64,000 nucleotides of DNA, taken from positions 2,746 through 66,745 of IMG/VR virus record IMGVR_UViG_3300028559_001021. One strand, 5' to 3'. The notes beneath the pieces were generated by a model, which saw nothing but the letters and a program-made list of their open reading frames with translations, did not search any database and was not told the DNA's origin. The stretch comes from a virus. The position numbers and the translations under genes were made by a program. Of this stretch, positions 39,278-50,481 are shown one piece after another. The stretch's first letter is position 1; every line of letters starts with the position of its first letter.

Positions 39278-40260
39278 AAAAAGCTTTTATTACTGGTATT
39301 GGTGGTCAAGATGGAAGTTATTTAGCCGAATATCTTTTAGAATTAGGGTACGAAGTACATGGAATGATTAGAAGACAATCAACCTCAGAAAATCAATCAA
39401 GTAGATTAAATAATATTATAACTAAAATACATACATATTATGGTGATTTATTAGACCAAACATCAATTGAACGTTTATTATCTGAAATAAAACCAGATGA
39501 AATATATAATATAGGAGCTCAATCACATGTAAGAATATCATTTGATATCCCACAATTTACAGTTCAAACAAATTCTGTTGGAGTTGTTAATATATTAGAA
39601 GCCTACAAACGAATTTGTCCTAATGCTAAATTCTATCAAGCAAGTTCTTCAGAAATGTTTGGACTAACAATTGAAAGTGATGGTTTTCAACGAGAAACAA
39701 CAATCATGAATCCTGTTTCACCATATGGGTGTTCTAAAGTATTTGCATATAATATGGTGCGACATTATCGAAGAGCATATGGATTACACGCAGTAAATGG
39801 AATTTTATTTAATCACGAATCACCACGAAGAGGTTCTAATTTTGTTACAACAAAAGTCGTGAAAGCGGCATGTTCAATTAAACTTGGGCTACAAGATAAA
39901 TTAGAATTAGGTAATATGGATTCATACCGAGACTGGGGACATTCAAAGGATTATGTCAAAGCAATGCACATGATTTTAAATCATTCCACACCTGACGATT
40001 TTGTTGTATCAACTATGGAAACACATTCAGTTAGAGAAATGTGTGAAGTTGTTTTTTCATATCTAGGATTAGATTATAAAAAATATGTTATCCAAAATGA
40101 CAAATATTTAAGACCTGAAGAATTACCTTATTTAAAAGGTGATTCCACTAAAATTAGAAAAACTTTAGGATGGAAACCCACCTACACATTCAAACAATTA
40201 ATGGAAGAAATGTGCGACCATTGGATGGATGTATTACAAAACAAACCATCATATAGATAA
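39274..40260 (+). CDS. gmd: GDP-mannose 4,6-dehydratase
   Basis: ITGIGGQDGSYL, AQSHV, YQASSSE, SPYG.SK, NHESPRR and RDWGH motifs. Confidence 0.97.
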   Translation: MKKAFITGIGGQDGSYLAEYLLELGYEVHGMIRRQSTSENQSSRLNNIITKIHTYYGDLLDQTSIERLLSEIKPDEIYNIGAQSHVRISFDIPQFTVQTNSVGVVNILEAYKRICPNAKFYQASSSEMFGLTIESDGFQRETTIMNPVSPYGCSKVFAYNMVRHYRRAYGLHAVNGILFNHESPRRGSNFVTTKVVKAACSIKLGLQDKLELGNMDSYRDWGHSKDYVKAMHMILNHSTPDDFVVSTMETHSVREMCEVVFSYLGLDYKKYVIQNDKYLRPEELPYLKGDSTKIRKTLGWKPTYTFKQLMEEMCDHWMDVLQNKPSYR

Positions 40261-40283
40261 TATAATACAATTAATTAAATTAA

Positions 40284-41006
40284 ATGGCACCAAGAAAAAA
40301 ACCAACACAAGGTCAAGTAAGTGATGAACCGAAAAAAACCAAAAAAGAACTCATAAGTGAGATTATCAAAAAGAAATCCAAGGACAAATTCTTATCAGAT
40401 AATCAAAAAATATATTATGATATTCTGAAAAAAAACCAAATAACAATATGTTCAGGACCAGCTGGAACTGGTAAAAGTTATATATCACTAAAGACCGCAA
40501 TTGATTTAATTTCTGACCCAACAACACCATATGAGAAAATAATCATACTAAGACCTGCTGTAGAAAGTAGTGACTCAACTATTGGATTGCTACCTGGAGA
40601 TGTTAGAGAAAAAATGGATCCCTATGTATACGCTTCATTCTATCTCCTAAAGAAAATAATTGGACAAGAAACAACAAAAAAACTTGAAGAACTTGGTATT
40701 ATTGAGGTTATGGCAATTTCATTCATACGAGGACTTAATATTGATAACGCCATATTAGTTGGTGAGGAATTCCAAAATACCACCCCTAATGAAATGAAAA
40801 CAATTTTAACTAGGATAGGTTTTAACAGTAAATTCTTTCTTAGTGGTGATATGGATCAAACTGACAAATTTAAACAAATTGAAAAATCAGGTTTATATGA
40901 CGCAATACATAGATTAGTGGATTTGGAAGACATTGGTATTTTTAAATTTACACTAAATGATGTCGTTAGAAATCCATTAATCACAAAAATTTTACAAAGA
41001 TATTAA
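40284..41006 (+). CDS. phoH: PhoH-family ATPase
   Basis: GPAGTGKS, RPAVE, LPG, RG, E.QN, LTRIG, GD..Q and VRN motifs. Confidence 0.93.
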   Translation: MAPRKKPTQGQVSDEPKKTKKELISEIIKKKSKDKFLSDNQKIYYDILKKNQITICSGPAGTGKSYISLKTAIDLISDPTTPYEKIIILRPAVESSDSTIGLLPGDVREKMDPYVYASFYLLKKIIGQETTKKLEELGIIEVMAISFIRGLNIDNAILVGEEFQNTTPNEMKTILTRIGFNSKFFLSGDMDQTDKFKQIEKSGLYDAIHRLVDLEDIGIFKFTLNDVVRNPLITKILQRY

Positions 41007-41007
41007 C

Positions 41008-41652
41008 ATGAGAATAGCAATAGATGTAAATGGCGTATTGAGAGATACAATTGGTAAATTCAAACAATTATATGAAAAACATTTAATTGAAAATCCACAA
41101 AACGAATATCAAACTTATCTAATTGACTCAGAAGGCAATACAGAGTTAGATACATTACCAACCCCATTTGAATACAAAATATTATCCCCAGTCACAAGTT
41201 TAGATTTAAAACAACATTTTGCATTTCAGAATGAAGAAGAATATTATTCATTTTTATATGAAGAATATTGTATGGAATTATTTGGACATACCCCCTCAGT
41301 TGAAATGACAACATTTGTTGATTTAAATGAGGTCTATATCAACAATAGAAAACAATGGGACTTTATGGTATTGTCGGATGAAATTGGCAAATCAAAACCA
41401 GCAACATTATTTTTCTTATCAAAGTTTGGGTGTGAATTAGAAAAAATATTTTTTTATTCAAATATTACATTGAATTCAATATGGAATGAATTTGATGTTT
41501 TACTTACGGCAAATCCTAACTTATTATTGTATCATCCTAAAGATAAAATTGTAATTAAGTTTGAAACCGAATACAATAAGGATATAAAAAAAGAATACTC
41601 AATAACAAAACTTAAAGAGTTAGAAGATATCTTAAAACAAATATTATGTTAA
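41008..41652 (+). CDS. HAD-fold 5'-nucleotidase-like protein (DxN variant)
   Basis: IAIDVNGVLRD N-terminal motif; YN near the C-terminus. Confidence 0.6.
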   Translation: MRIAIDVNGVLRDTIGKFKQLYEKHLIENPQNEYQTYLIDSEGNTELDTLPTPFEYKILSPVTSLDLKQHFAFQNEEEYYSFLYEEYCMELFGHTPSVEMTTFVDLNEVYINNRKQWDFMVLSDEIGKSKPATLFFLSKFGCELEKIFFYSNITLNSIWNEFDVLLTANPNLLLYHPKDKIVIKFETEYNKDIKKEYSITKLKELEDILKQILC

Positions 41653-41915
41653 AAATACTTGGAGAAAATTTCTATTTTGATATTGATGCGATTGAAGAAT
41701 ACATCAATGTTGAACCCCCAACCGACTATACCGGAATCCCACAAAATCATATTAGTGTTGTAAAATATGATATGGTTAAAATGATGGTTGAAACATTAAT
41801 TGTTGAAAATGAGGAAGCCGATGAAGCGTTGGGAATGAGAACCTCTGAATTGTCAATACCATTTAGAATGGCATTTAATTCATTAATGTATAAAAAATTA
41901 ATTAATAAAATATGA
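41646..41915 (+). CDS. Hypothetical protein
   Basis: 89-aa coupled ORF. Confidence 0.7.
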   Translation: MLKILGENFYFDIDAIEEYINVEPPTDYTGIPQNHISVVKYDMVKMMVETLIVENEEADEALGMRTSELSIPFRMAFNSLMYKKLINKI

Positions 41916-42970
41916 ATCAGGAACAATTATCAAAAGTTGAAAATTCAATAAAAAATCTTAAAGACAAAAAATCAAAAGTTTATTTTTTGATTCAAGACAC
42001 CAAAGGTAACGCAAAAGCATCAGTTGCTTACATCTATCGTATGGCTTATGTCCTTTCAGAAGGTGGATATAATGTTGTTATGTTACACGAGAAGAATGAT
42101 TATGTTGGTATATCAAGTTGGTTAGATTCAAAATATATGGAACTCCAACACCAATCAATTGATGGTCAGAAATTACAAGTCGCCCCAGAAGATTTCATTA
42201 TCATTCCGGAATTATATGGTTTCGTTATGGGTCAAATTAGTAATCTACCTTGTGGTAAAATTGTTTTATCTCAAGCGTATGACCACATATTGGAAACCCT
42301 ACAACCAGGTCAATCTTGGTCACAACTTGGGTTTATGAAATGTATCACAACCTCTGAACAACAAAAGGAGTATATTTCAAATCTAATGAAAAACGTATCA
42401 ATTGATGTCATTGAACCATATATCTCAGATGAGTTCAAACCATCAGAATATCCAGCAAACCCAATCATTGCAATCCACTCTAGAGAACAACGTGAAGCGT
42501 TAAATGTAATCAAGAATTTCTATCTTAAATTCCCCCAATATAGATGGGTTACCTTTAGAGATATGAGAGGAATGAGTGAAAAAGAATTTGCAAATGTTTT
42601 GCAAAAATCATTTATGTCAGTTTGGATTGATGAAACAAGTGCTTATGGTACATTCCCATTGGAATCAATGAAATGTGGTGTTCCTTGTTTGGGTATTGGT
42701 CCAAGAATGATTCCACAATGGATGTCCGAGGATAACGGAATATGGATTAGTAATAAAAATGATTTATCTGACTATGTTGCCGATTTCTTACAGAATTGGT
42801 TGGAGGATAATATTAGTGATACTTTGTTAAATGAAATGAAAAAGATGGTTGAGAACTTACCAACATCAGAAACATTCAAAGACAATGTATTAAATAAATT
42901 TGAAGGGTATCTGGACGTAAGACTTAAATCCTTTGAGGAACAATATAATAAATTACAAACTGCCGAATAA
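41912..42970 (+). CDS. GT-B glycosyltransferase-like protein
   Basis: IIIPE and YGTFPLESMKCG motifs. Confidence 0.75.
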   Translation: MNQEQLSKVENSIKNLKDKKSKVYFLIQDTKGNAKASVAYIYRMAYVLSEGGYNVVMLHEKNDYVGISSWLDSKYMELQHQSIDGQKLQVAPEDFIIIPELYGFVMGQISNLPCGKIVLSQAYDHILETLQPGQSWSQLGFMKCITTSEQQKEYISNLMKNVSIDVIEPYISDEFKPSEYPANPIIAIHSREQREALNVIKNFYLKFPQYRWVTFRDMRGMSEKEFANVLQKSFMSVWIDETSAYGTFPLESMKCGVPCLGIGPRMIPQWMSEDNGIWISNKNDLSDYVADFLQNWLEDNISDTLLNEMKKMVENLPTSETFKDNVLNKFEGYLDVRLKSFEEQYNKLQTAE

Positions 42971-42971
42971 T

Positions 42972-43766
42972 ATGGAAAAATTTGATTTATCAGTAATATT
43001 ACCACTTAAATCTTCATCACACCCTTGGTTTGAAGATTATTTTAACAAAGCTATAACATCAATCAAAGTTCAAGAAGTTGAAATCAATGAGTTGGTTATT
43101 GTTCATACCGATGAAACAAAATTGGTTGAATTTTTGGATGGATATGATTTTAGTGGGATTAATGTAACTAGAGAAGTATGGACTAAAAAACCTGGTTTTG
43201 CTGAACAGGTAAATCACGGAGCAAGGGTCGCAAAATCAAAATGGATATCAATTTTTGAATTTGATGATGAGTATTCTAAAATTTGGTTTAAAAATGTTGA
43301 CAAGTATTCTAAAATCTATAAGGATGTTGATTGTTTCCTACCAATTGTTGTTGATGTAACCGAGAATGGACAATTTGCGGGATTTACAAATGAGGCAACA
43401 TTTGCGGTTAACATTTCTAGTGAAATGGGGATTCTAACCAATGAAACACTTTTGACTTATCAGAATTTCCAAATGTCTGGATTGGTAATTAAAAGGTCAT
43501 CATTTGTTGATTTTGGACTACTTAAGCCTTCGTTCAAACTCACATTCGGTTATGAATTATTTTTGCGTCTAACACACAATTCTGTGAAGATTATGACCAT
43601 TCCAAGAATTGGATATAAGCATACAAATCTCAGACAAGGTTCTATTTTTTGGGATTATAAAAATGGTGATGAAGTTCTTGGTAAAGAAGAAATCCAATTT
43701 TGGATTGATTCCGCAAAAAAGGAATCTTTTTTCATTGTTGATAGATCCATAAAATACCAATCCTAA
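42972..43766 (+). CDS. GT2 glycosyltransferase
   Basis: SVILP, N.G and EFDD motifs; ATG 42972 follows the upstream stop. Confidence 0.75.
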   Translation: MEKFDLSVILPLKSSSHPWFEDYFNKAITSIKVQEVEINELVIVHTDETKLVEFLDGYDFSGINVTREVWTKKPGFAEQVNHGARVAKSKWISIFEFDDEYSKIWFKNVDKYSKIYKDVDCFLPIVVDVTENGQFAGFTNEATFAVNISSEMGILTNETLLTYQNFQMSGLVIKRSSFVDFGLLKPSFKLTFGYELFLRLTHNSVKIMTIPRIGYKHTNLRQGSIFWDYKNGDEVLGKEEIQFWIDSAKKESFFIVDRSIKYQS

Positions 43767-43774
43767 AAAATATA

Positions 43775-44527
43775 ATGACAGATGAAACAAGTTTACCGGA
43801 TAATACAAGTTTAGAGTCAAAAAAGAAAGGGAGAAAACCCAAGAAAGATAAATTTTATTTTGGTGAAAAAGAGGAATTGGCAGTTAGAAATTTTTTAATT
43901 GCCGATTCTTTTGAGGAAAAAAACAAAATCTATAACGATATCTTAAGACATCCAATAGATAAAATGATTTCCTCAATTATAAGGACTTACAAACTATATC
44001 GTAAAGACGTTGAATTTGAAGAAATTCACAACGATACTCACTCCTTTTTGATGACAAAAATTGAAAAATTTAAACCATCAAAAGAAAAGAAAGCATATTC
44101 CTATTTTGGAACAATATGTAAAAATTATTTAATGGGTCAGATTCAAAAAGACCAAAAAGAAACAAATCGTAAAATATCATATGAAGACATTTCTACTGAC
44201 TTGGAAAATAATGAGAATTATTCGTACAACATAGACGATGAACCAATTGAAGCTGATTTTATAATTAAAAAATTTTTATTTGAATTAGATAAAGTGTTCA
44301 CTCAAAATTCTTTAAATGAAAATGAAACAAAATTGGGTGAGGCGTTATATGAAATATTTGAAAATCACGACAAAATTTTCATAAGTACTTCAAATAATAA
44401 ATTCAATAAAAATATAATTCTATTATCATTAAGAGAAATGACTAATTTGAACACAAAAGAAATACGTTTATCACTTAAAAAGTTCAAATTCTTATATGTT
44501 AATATGATTGAAAAAATGGTGAGATAA
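43775..44527 (+). CDS. Phage late sigma factor (T4 gp55-like)
   Basis: N-terminal K-rich YF, KF.PSK..KAYSYF.TI.KNYL (sigma region 2). Confidence 0.65.
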   Translation: MTDETSLPDNTSLESKKKGRKPKKDKFYFGEKEELAVRNFLIADSFEEKNKIYNDILRHPIDKMISSIIRTYKLYRKDVEFEEIHNDTHSFLMTKIEKFKPSKEKKAYSYFGTICKNYLMGQIQKDQKETNRKISYEDISTDLENNENYSYNIDDEPIEADFIIKKFLFELDKVFTQNSLNENETKLGEALYEIFENHDKIFISTSNNKFNKNIILLSLREMTNLNTKEIRLSLKKFKFLYVNMIEKMVR

Positions 44528-44539
44528 ATATTTACTATT

Positions 44540-44908
44540 ATGGCAAGACCTTTAAAAAAAGAAATTAATTTATCCAAGGAATCGATTTTAGCATTGATGC
44601 AGGAAATTTACAATGAACTTGTAGAACAAAGAAATACAGCTATGAGAATCCAAAACAAAATGTTGACAATGATGAAAGAACCTGAAGACATGACACTAAT
44701 AGGTCCGGTCATTGAAAAACAACAGAAAATAATTAATGATTGTGTGGAGAAAAAATTATCCCTCTCCAAACTCCAAGCATCAATTTGGGAAAAAACAAAT
44801 AGCACAAAAGAGTCTTTCTCAATTGCGGATATGGATGATGAGATAATTAAAGACTTATTGGAACGAGATATTTCAAACTCGGATAATCAATACAAAATGA
44901 AAAAATAA
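44540..44908 (+). CDS. Hypothetical coiled-coil protein
   Basis: 122-aa ORF. Confidence 0.7.
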   Translation: MARPLKKEINLSKESILALMQEIYNELVEQRNTAMRIQNKMLTMMKEPEDMTLIGPVIEKQQKIINDCVEKKLSLSKLQASIWEKTNSTKESFSIADMDDEIIKDLLERDISNSDNQYKMKK

Positions 44909-47022
44909 TGGGGTTAGATTTAAAATCTGATTATAAACAACTCAAAGACAAAATATCCGCAACACAATCCTATAATGAGCTTAAAAAAGAATATAATAGT
45001 GTAACAAAAAGTGTTGGGGAAAGTTTTGATGATTTAAAAGAATCAACATCAAATAAATTATCTGAACTAAAAGGTAAGGTAAAAAAATTTGAGAAAGACA
45101 CACAAGGTCAACTTGATAGACTATTAGATGTTGCAACAATATCTAGTAATGGAAATACTGGGACAATTAGTTTTATTAAAAAATTACTCCTAAAAGTAAT
45201 TAAAAAGATTGAACCAATCCTTTCCGAAATATTATTTGATGAAACAATTAAAGCAATTGGTTGTGACCAACAACAAAGATATCAACCAGGTCAAGTACTT
45301 TATATAAAAGTATCAGCATTGGATTTATTGGGGTTATTAAAAATTGACCCCAATGATGGTATTGGTAAATTTTTATATGAAACCAACCCCATCTCTATTC
45401 AGGATAATCCGTTCTCAATGAATAGACAATTATACGAGTTAACACAAACAAATATATCATATTCAGGATTAACTGGACAATTATATAAAGGACAATCAGG
45501 TCAAGATTTATTTGATATTGAGTACACTGAAACAAATAACTTAAATCAACCTGGTCCTTGGTTTAAAATTACATTAGCCCCAAGATTTAATAACGCTACA
45601 ACAGTTGTACAATTTTTACTTGATTACTACAAATCAATTAGGGTTGTTGAATTTAACAATATTATTGCAAATGTTATGAATATCTTAACAGGAGCATTAG
45701 ACATCGGTTTAAATACTGGAACTAATCAACTTGAAGTTAATTCTAAATTTCAAGTCTTATTATTAAGGATATTAGGAATTTGTTTTGATAATAGAAAAGA
45801 AATTGATGTTAGTGGTGTTGCGAAAATACCTCAAGATGACCCTATTGATGATTCGTTTTTTGAATTCAGTGCAATTGATTTAAGAAATATTGAAATCAGA
45901 ATTAGTAATATTAAAAAAGGTGTCGTACAATATGTTGATTGTGGTAATGTAGAATTACCTGTTGATGTTGATAGTATTGTTGGTGCATTGGATGCTTTAA
46001 GATTTGTTCCTGATGAAGACCAAGTTAATGCCGCTAGTCAGATAACTCAATCATTAACAAATAACCCAAATTGGAATATCAATATACCTGGTGGTAATAT
46101 CACCGCAGCCGTTGATGCTAACTTCATTAAATTAATGGGACAATCGGTTGTTGTTTCGTTATTAAGCCCAAAGGTTTTATTACCATTTTACACAATGTTA
46201 TTGTCTCTAGGACAACAAGATATTAATCTGAGTGAAAACTTAATTGAATTTACAAAAAAATTCAAAAAGTTTATGATTAATTTGATTTCAAGAGTTGGGG
46301 CTCAGTTTATTGAGAAACTATACAATCAAATTAAAAAAGATTTGTTAAAGTTAATTGACTCAACAATCCAAGATATTGAAGATGAAAAAAAGAGAAAGAC
46401 AAATGTTATCATCTTAAAATTGATTCAGATTTTATTATTGGTCGGACAACTCATAACTGATTGGCGAAAATGTAAAAGTATTGTTGATGAACTTTTAAAA
46501 ATTGTTAGTTTAAGTCTCCAATTTCCTGGTGTTGCAAAAGGATTAAGTTCCGCAGCCAAAGCTGTAACCAAAGGTATTGAGACCGCCTCAGATGCCACAA
46601 CTAATTTTATTGATGGTATTGGAGGTAAAGAAGGAAACCGTGATGGTGGAACATTTGGAGGTGGTGGTAATGATGATGACGAAGAAGATTCAAATGGTAG
46701 TTCTGGAGGTGTATTAGGTTCGTTGGGAGCTTTATTAAATCAAATCCCACTCCCATTATTATTTGCTTCAGAGTTTTTGGATGGATATTCGGAATCAAGG
46801 GCGTTTATTAATGCTATTGAAGAAATGCAGAAATTGGGTATTCCAACAGGACCAATGCCAGATGGTTCTCCAAACTTAACCGTTCTATCAATGTTTGGTA
46901 ATATTAAAGCTGCGGAAAAGGAAAAAACTGAAAATGGTAAAGTTAGTATTGCAATAAAACCTACGGCAGTAACACCAGCGGGTTTAACTGTACCAAATAT
47001 CGCATCTGGAAAATATTTTTAA
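44908..47022 (+). CDS. Large hypothetical protein, probably structural
   Basis: 704-aa ORF upstream of the gp5-like gene; Gly/Asp-rich insert near the C-terminus. Confidence 0.7.
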   Translation: MGLDLKSDYKQLKDKISATQSYNELKKEYNSVTKSVGESFDDLKESTSNKLSELKGKVKKFEKDTQGQLDRLLDVATISSNGNTGTISFIKKLLLKVIKKIEPILSEILFDETIKAIGCDQQQRYQPGQVLYIKVSALDLLGLLKIDPNDGIGKFLYETNPISIQDNPFSMNRQLYELTQTNISYSGLTGQLYKGQSGQDLFDIEYTETNNLNQPGPWFKITLAPRFNNATTVVQFLLDYYKSIRVVEFNNIIANVMNILTGALDIGLNTGTNQLEVNSKFQVLLLRILGICFDNRKEIDVSGVAKIPQDDPIDDSFFEFSAIDLRNIEIRISNIKKGVVQYVDCGNVELPVDVDSIVGALDALRFVPDEDQVNAASQITQSLTNNPNWNINIPGGNITAAVDANFIKLMGQSVVVSLLSPKVLLPFYTMLLSLGQQDINLSENLIEFTKKFKKFMINLISRVGAQFIEKLYNQIKKDLLKLIDSTIQDIEDEKKRKTNVIILKLIQILLLVGQLITDWRKCKSIVDELLKIVSLSLQFPGVAKGLSSAAKAVTKGIETASDATTNFIDGIGGKEGNRDGGTFGGGGNDDDEEDSNGSSGGVLGSLGALLNQIPLPLLFASEFLDGYSESRAFINAIEEMQKLGIPTGPMPDGSPNLTVLSMFGNIKAAEKEKTENGKVSIAIKPTAVTPAGLTVPNIASGKYF

Positions 47023-47025
47023 ATT

Positions 47026-47238
47026 ATGGATAAAAAAGAACAAGCTGAAAAAGCATTGAAGGTAATAAAGGATTATAAATCCTCACCAAATAGAGATTTA
47101 ACATTTGCTATGGATTTTATCCAAGAAGATTTTAAATTCACTAAAGAAACCCTTATCAAATTAACCGAACATATAGATAAGTTAGAGTTGACCTATAATA
47201 CAATTTTAAAAGAATACGAAAGTAGAGTTAACAAATGA
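47026..47238 (+). CDS. Small coiled-coil protein
   Basis: 70-aa coupled ORF. Confidence 0.65.
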   Translation: MDKKEQAEKALKVIKDYKSSPNRDLTFAMDFIQEDFKFTKETLIKLTEHIDKLELTYNTILKEYESRVNK

Positions 47239-48794
47239 GTGAACATCAAATATTATTCCCTGGTACTGTTATTGACAATCAAGACCCAATGATGTTGGGT
47301 AGATTGCGTGTTATACCAGAAACTGAAGATTACACGGCAATTATATCAGCAATACCAAATTGGAATGAAGAAAAAATGAAATGGACTAGTAAAGACCCTG
47401 TTTTATTTTTACCATTGTTACCATTTTTTGTTAGTCAAACACCACAAGTTAATGAATACGTTCATATCATCTATATGAACAAAGATTATAGGAGAGAAAA
47501 TCAATTTTACGTTCAGGGACCATTTTCAAGTCCATTATTAAGTCCTTTTGAAAATTATCAAGGGGCTACAAAATTTATGGCGAAAGGGACAAGATATGCA
47601 CAAGGATTGTCATTACGTAATCCAGATGGATCTTATTTATCTTCAAGTGGGGGAAGTACTGAGGGTATTTTCCCAAAACCAGAGGATGTTGGTATTCTAG
47701 GTAGAGGTACTGCCGATTTAGTACTAAAAGAAAATGAAGTTTTATTACGTGCGGGCAAAACACCAGAATTAAAATATAACAAACTACCAACGCCAAATAA
47801 CAATAGGGCTTTCTTGCAATTGTCTTATTTCCCAATTCAAGAAACGGCTAAACCACCACAAAAGATTAATTCATTAAAAGAAGTTATCACTAAGGTTAAA
47901 AAAGTTATTGTTTGGCATATAGAAAATCTTGAAAATACACAAAATGTCTATAATGGGTTTGTTCAACTATACAACTACAATGAAAATGATTTGAGATTTG
48001 ATGTTAGTAATTTTAATTCTCAAGCAATATTAGAATTAGAAATAGATACTACATTATTACCAACTGATGCAAAAATTGAAATTGGTGGGAAAAGTTTTGA
48101 TGAAACTGTCTACATTATCAATACCTTCATCAAAGGTGTTTTTGATGGGTTCTTAACTTATAGCGGGTACAATTCTACAAATCAAACCGTATTCCAAAAC
48201 GTCCTTCCATTTGTTGTTACACCATCAAAAACAACGTATGAAAAAGGAAATAATTTTAACACATTAGTCACCAATCCAGAAGTTTCAAATTTTATAAAGT
48301 TTAGTTCAAAAATTCTTTTGGATTATGGTTCACAACAAAGTGGTTATTTCTTGGTGTCAGGTAGAAATGGTGAAAGACCAATATATGGTAAACAATATGA
48401 TGTTGTGACTGAAACCATATTTCCAACCTCATTCAAATCCGAACCAATAAGTTATGGTGTAATGGGAGCACAAAAGATTTATTTGTTGTCACAAGACGCA
48501 ACTAGTACAAAACAAAAAATTGACTTACAAGACACTATCTATGGTATCCCACAGAATTCCTTTGTTAGAGGCGAAACATCCTTACAGAACCTCACATATT
48601 CAACCGTGAGGGGTGAGGTTATTATTGAGTTATTAAGAAAGATGTATGCCTTCTTGGAAGGACATGTTCATCCAATTGCAATTATTAAACCATCCAAACG
48701 TGCAAGTGGGAATGGTCAAAGACTTGAGGATATTGAAACTTTATTGAATAATGCCGAAAGTTTAATCCTAAATCAAAATATTAGAATTAATTGA
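47235..48794 (+). CDS. Baseplate hub/spike (gp5-like)
   Basis: GTVIDNQDP..LGRLRV OB-fold start; C-terminal RGE...HVHP. Confidence 0.75.
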   Translation: MSEHQILFPGTVIDNQDPMMLGRLRVIPETEDYTAIISAIPNWNEEKMKWTSKDPVLFLPLLPFFVSQTPQVNEYVHIIYMNKDYRRENQFYVQGPFSSPLLSPFENYQGATKFMAKGTRYAQGLSLRNPDGSYLSSSGGSTEGIFPKPEDVGILGRGTADLVLKENEVLLRAGKTPELKYNKLPTPNNNRAFLQLSYFPIQETAKPPQKINSLKEVITKVKKVIVWHIENLENTQNVYNGFVQLYNYNENDLRFDVSNFNSQAILELEIDTTLLPTDAKIEIGGKSFDETVYIINTFIKGVFDGFLTYSGYNSTNQTVFQNVLPFVVTPSKTTYEKGNNFNTLVTNPEVSNFIKFSSKILLDYGSQQSGYFLVSGRNGERPIYGKQYDVVTETIFPTSFKSEPISYGVMGAQKIYLLSQDATSTKQKIDLQDTIYGIPQNSFVRGETSLQNLTYSTVRGEVIIELLRKMYAFLEGHVHPIAIIKPSKRASGNGQRLEDIETLLNNAESLILNQNIRIN

Positions 48795-48816
48795 TATTTA
48801 TGTATAAACAACATAA

Positions 48817-50280
48817 ATGTCAATCCACAAATCATATTTCAGTAGAAATAATACATTAATATATAATAGTTTTACCAATACTGGTAGAAACCCAGTAACT
48901 GAACTATTTTTTGGAACTACAGCAATATCACAATATCCTATAGGTTATAGTAGATTTATTTTTGATTTAGATTTGGATTCACTTAAATCCAAATTAAGTG
49001 AAGGTGTTATATCAACAACTTGTTCAACAATGAAACATACATTGAGAATGACAAACACCTCCAACTTTGATATTGAATTACTAAACACATTTACATCACA
49101 AGGTAGATTAAGAGCGACATCATTTGATTTACTCTTATTAAGAATTCCCCCAATTGATTTTGACCCAAGTTTACCACAAGTTTGGGATGAAGGTGTTGGT
49201 TATGATTTTGCCGATTTACAATATGAATATCAAATAGCTGATAGAAATTATTCAACAAGACCATCCAATTGGTTTGAAACTACAACAATTGGTGTATGGG
49301 AAGAAAATGGAATTTATAATAATAGAAATCTTTCTCAAGTTCCATTCTCAGCATTAACATTGGTTGCTGAACAACATTTTGAATTTGGGGATGAGAATAT
49401 TGAATTTGATATGACCGATGAAATCAATGGTGTGTTAAACAATACAACATCCGGTGTAACTGGTTGGGTTGTCGCATATAGACCCCAAATTGAATTGTTA
49501 TCAGGTTTAACTGACACATATGAAGTTCAGTTCTTTACAAGACATACCCAAACATTTTATGAACCATATTTGGAAACATCATATAATGATTTGATTGAGG
49601 ATGATAGAAATTTATTTTCATTGGGAAAGGTAAATAAATTATATCTTTATTTATATGAAGATGGTAATCCAATTAACTTGGACTTTCCTCCATCCGTGGC
49701 AATATTGGATAATTCTGGGGATGTTATTCCTGGATTGTCGGCATTAACTGGATGTCAAAAAACAATTGGTGTTTATGAGGTTACAATTCCACCATTGATG
49801 GGGTACAAAACACCTTGTACTTTTTCCGATAAATGGTTCAATTTAAGTTTAAATACATTTCCATTGAATCCAATTATTAATGATTTTGTATTACAACCAA
49901 TGAAAAACTCAATCCAAATTGGAACAAATAGTCAAGATCCAAAAATATATGGATTTGATTATTATGGTATTAAACAAGATGAAAAGATTTTTAATACAGA
50001 TTTGAGAAAGGTTGGGGTGATAATTAAACAAGCCTATACCACTAATAAAAATTTAATAAAAGTTAACGCTTATTATCGTGTATATGTAAGAGAAGGACAA
50101 ACTGAAGTTCAAGTTCAAGATTGGACAAAAATAAATAGAACTCCAAATGAGTATTATTTCATATTTGATACTAGAGATAAAATACCAAATGAATATTTTA
50201 TTGATATAAAAGTGGAAAGTAGTGGAGAAGTAAATACTTATAAGAGACAAATAAAATTTCAAATTATAAATTACAAATAA
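48817..50280 (+). CDS. Hypothetical beta-rich structural protein
   Basis: 487-aa ORF with GATATTTAT upstream; SRFIFD and W.EG.GYD motifs. Confidence 0.7.
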   Translation: MSIHKSYFSRNNTLIYNSFTNTGRNPVTELFFGTTAISQYPIGYSRFIFDLDLDSLKSKLSEGVISTTCSTMKHTLRMTNTSNFDIELLNTFTSQGRLRATSFDLLLLRIPPIDFDPSLPQVWDEGVGYDFADLQYEYQIADRNYSTRPSNWFETTTIGVWEENGIYNNRNLSQVPFSALTLVAEQHFEFGDENIEFDMTDEINGVLNNTTSGVTGWVVAYRPQIELLSGLTDTYEVQFFTRHTQTFYEPYLETSYNDLIEDDRNLFSLGKVNKLYLYLYEDGNPINLDFPPSVAILDNSGDVIPGLSALTGCQKTIGVYEVTIPPLMGYKTPCTFSDKWFNLSLNTFPLNPIINDFVLQPMKNSIQIGTNSQDPKIYGFDYYGIKQDEKIFNTDLRKVGVIIKQAYTTNKNLIKVNAYYRVYVREGQTEVQVQDWTKINRTPNEYYFIFDTRDKIPNEYFIDIKVESSGEVNTYKRQIKFQIINYK

Positions 50281-50289
50281 AAAAAAACT

Positions 50290-50475
50290 ATGTCAAATTA
50301 CAATTACCCAGCCAGTGCTACTAGTGCAAATACTGAAGTATTAATATGTGAAGTTTGTTCAGGTAGCACATTCACAGTTGAACCACCTCACGCGGTTTGG
50401 ACTGATGCACAAAATAAACCAATCATCCTAATGAACACAGTTGTATTGGGGGGTGTGAATGGATTAAATGCTTAA
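50290..50475 (+). CDS. Small hypothetical protein
   Basis: 61 aa; A-rich start context; CxxC. Confidence 0.6.
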   Translation: MSNYNYPASATSANTEVLICEVCSGSTFTVEPPHAVWTDAQNKPIILMNTVVLGGVNGLNA

Positions 50476-50481
50476 AGCATT

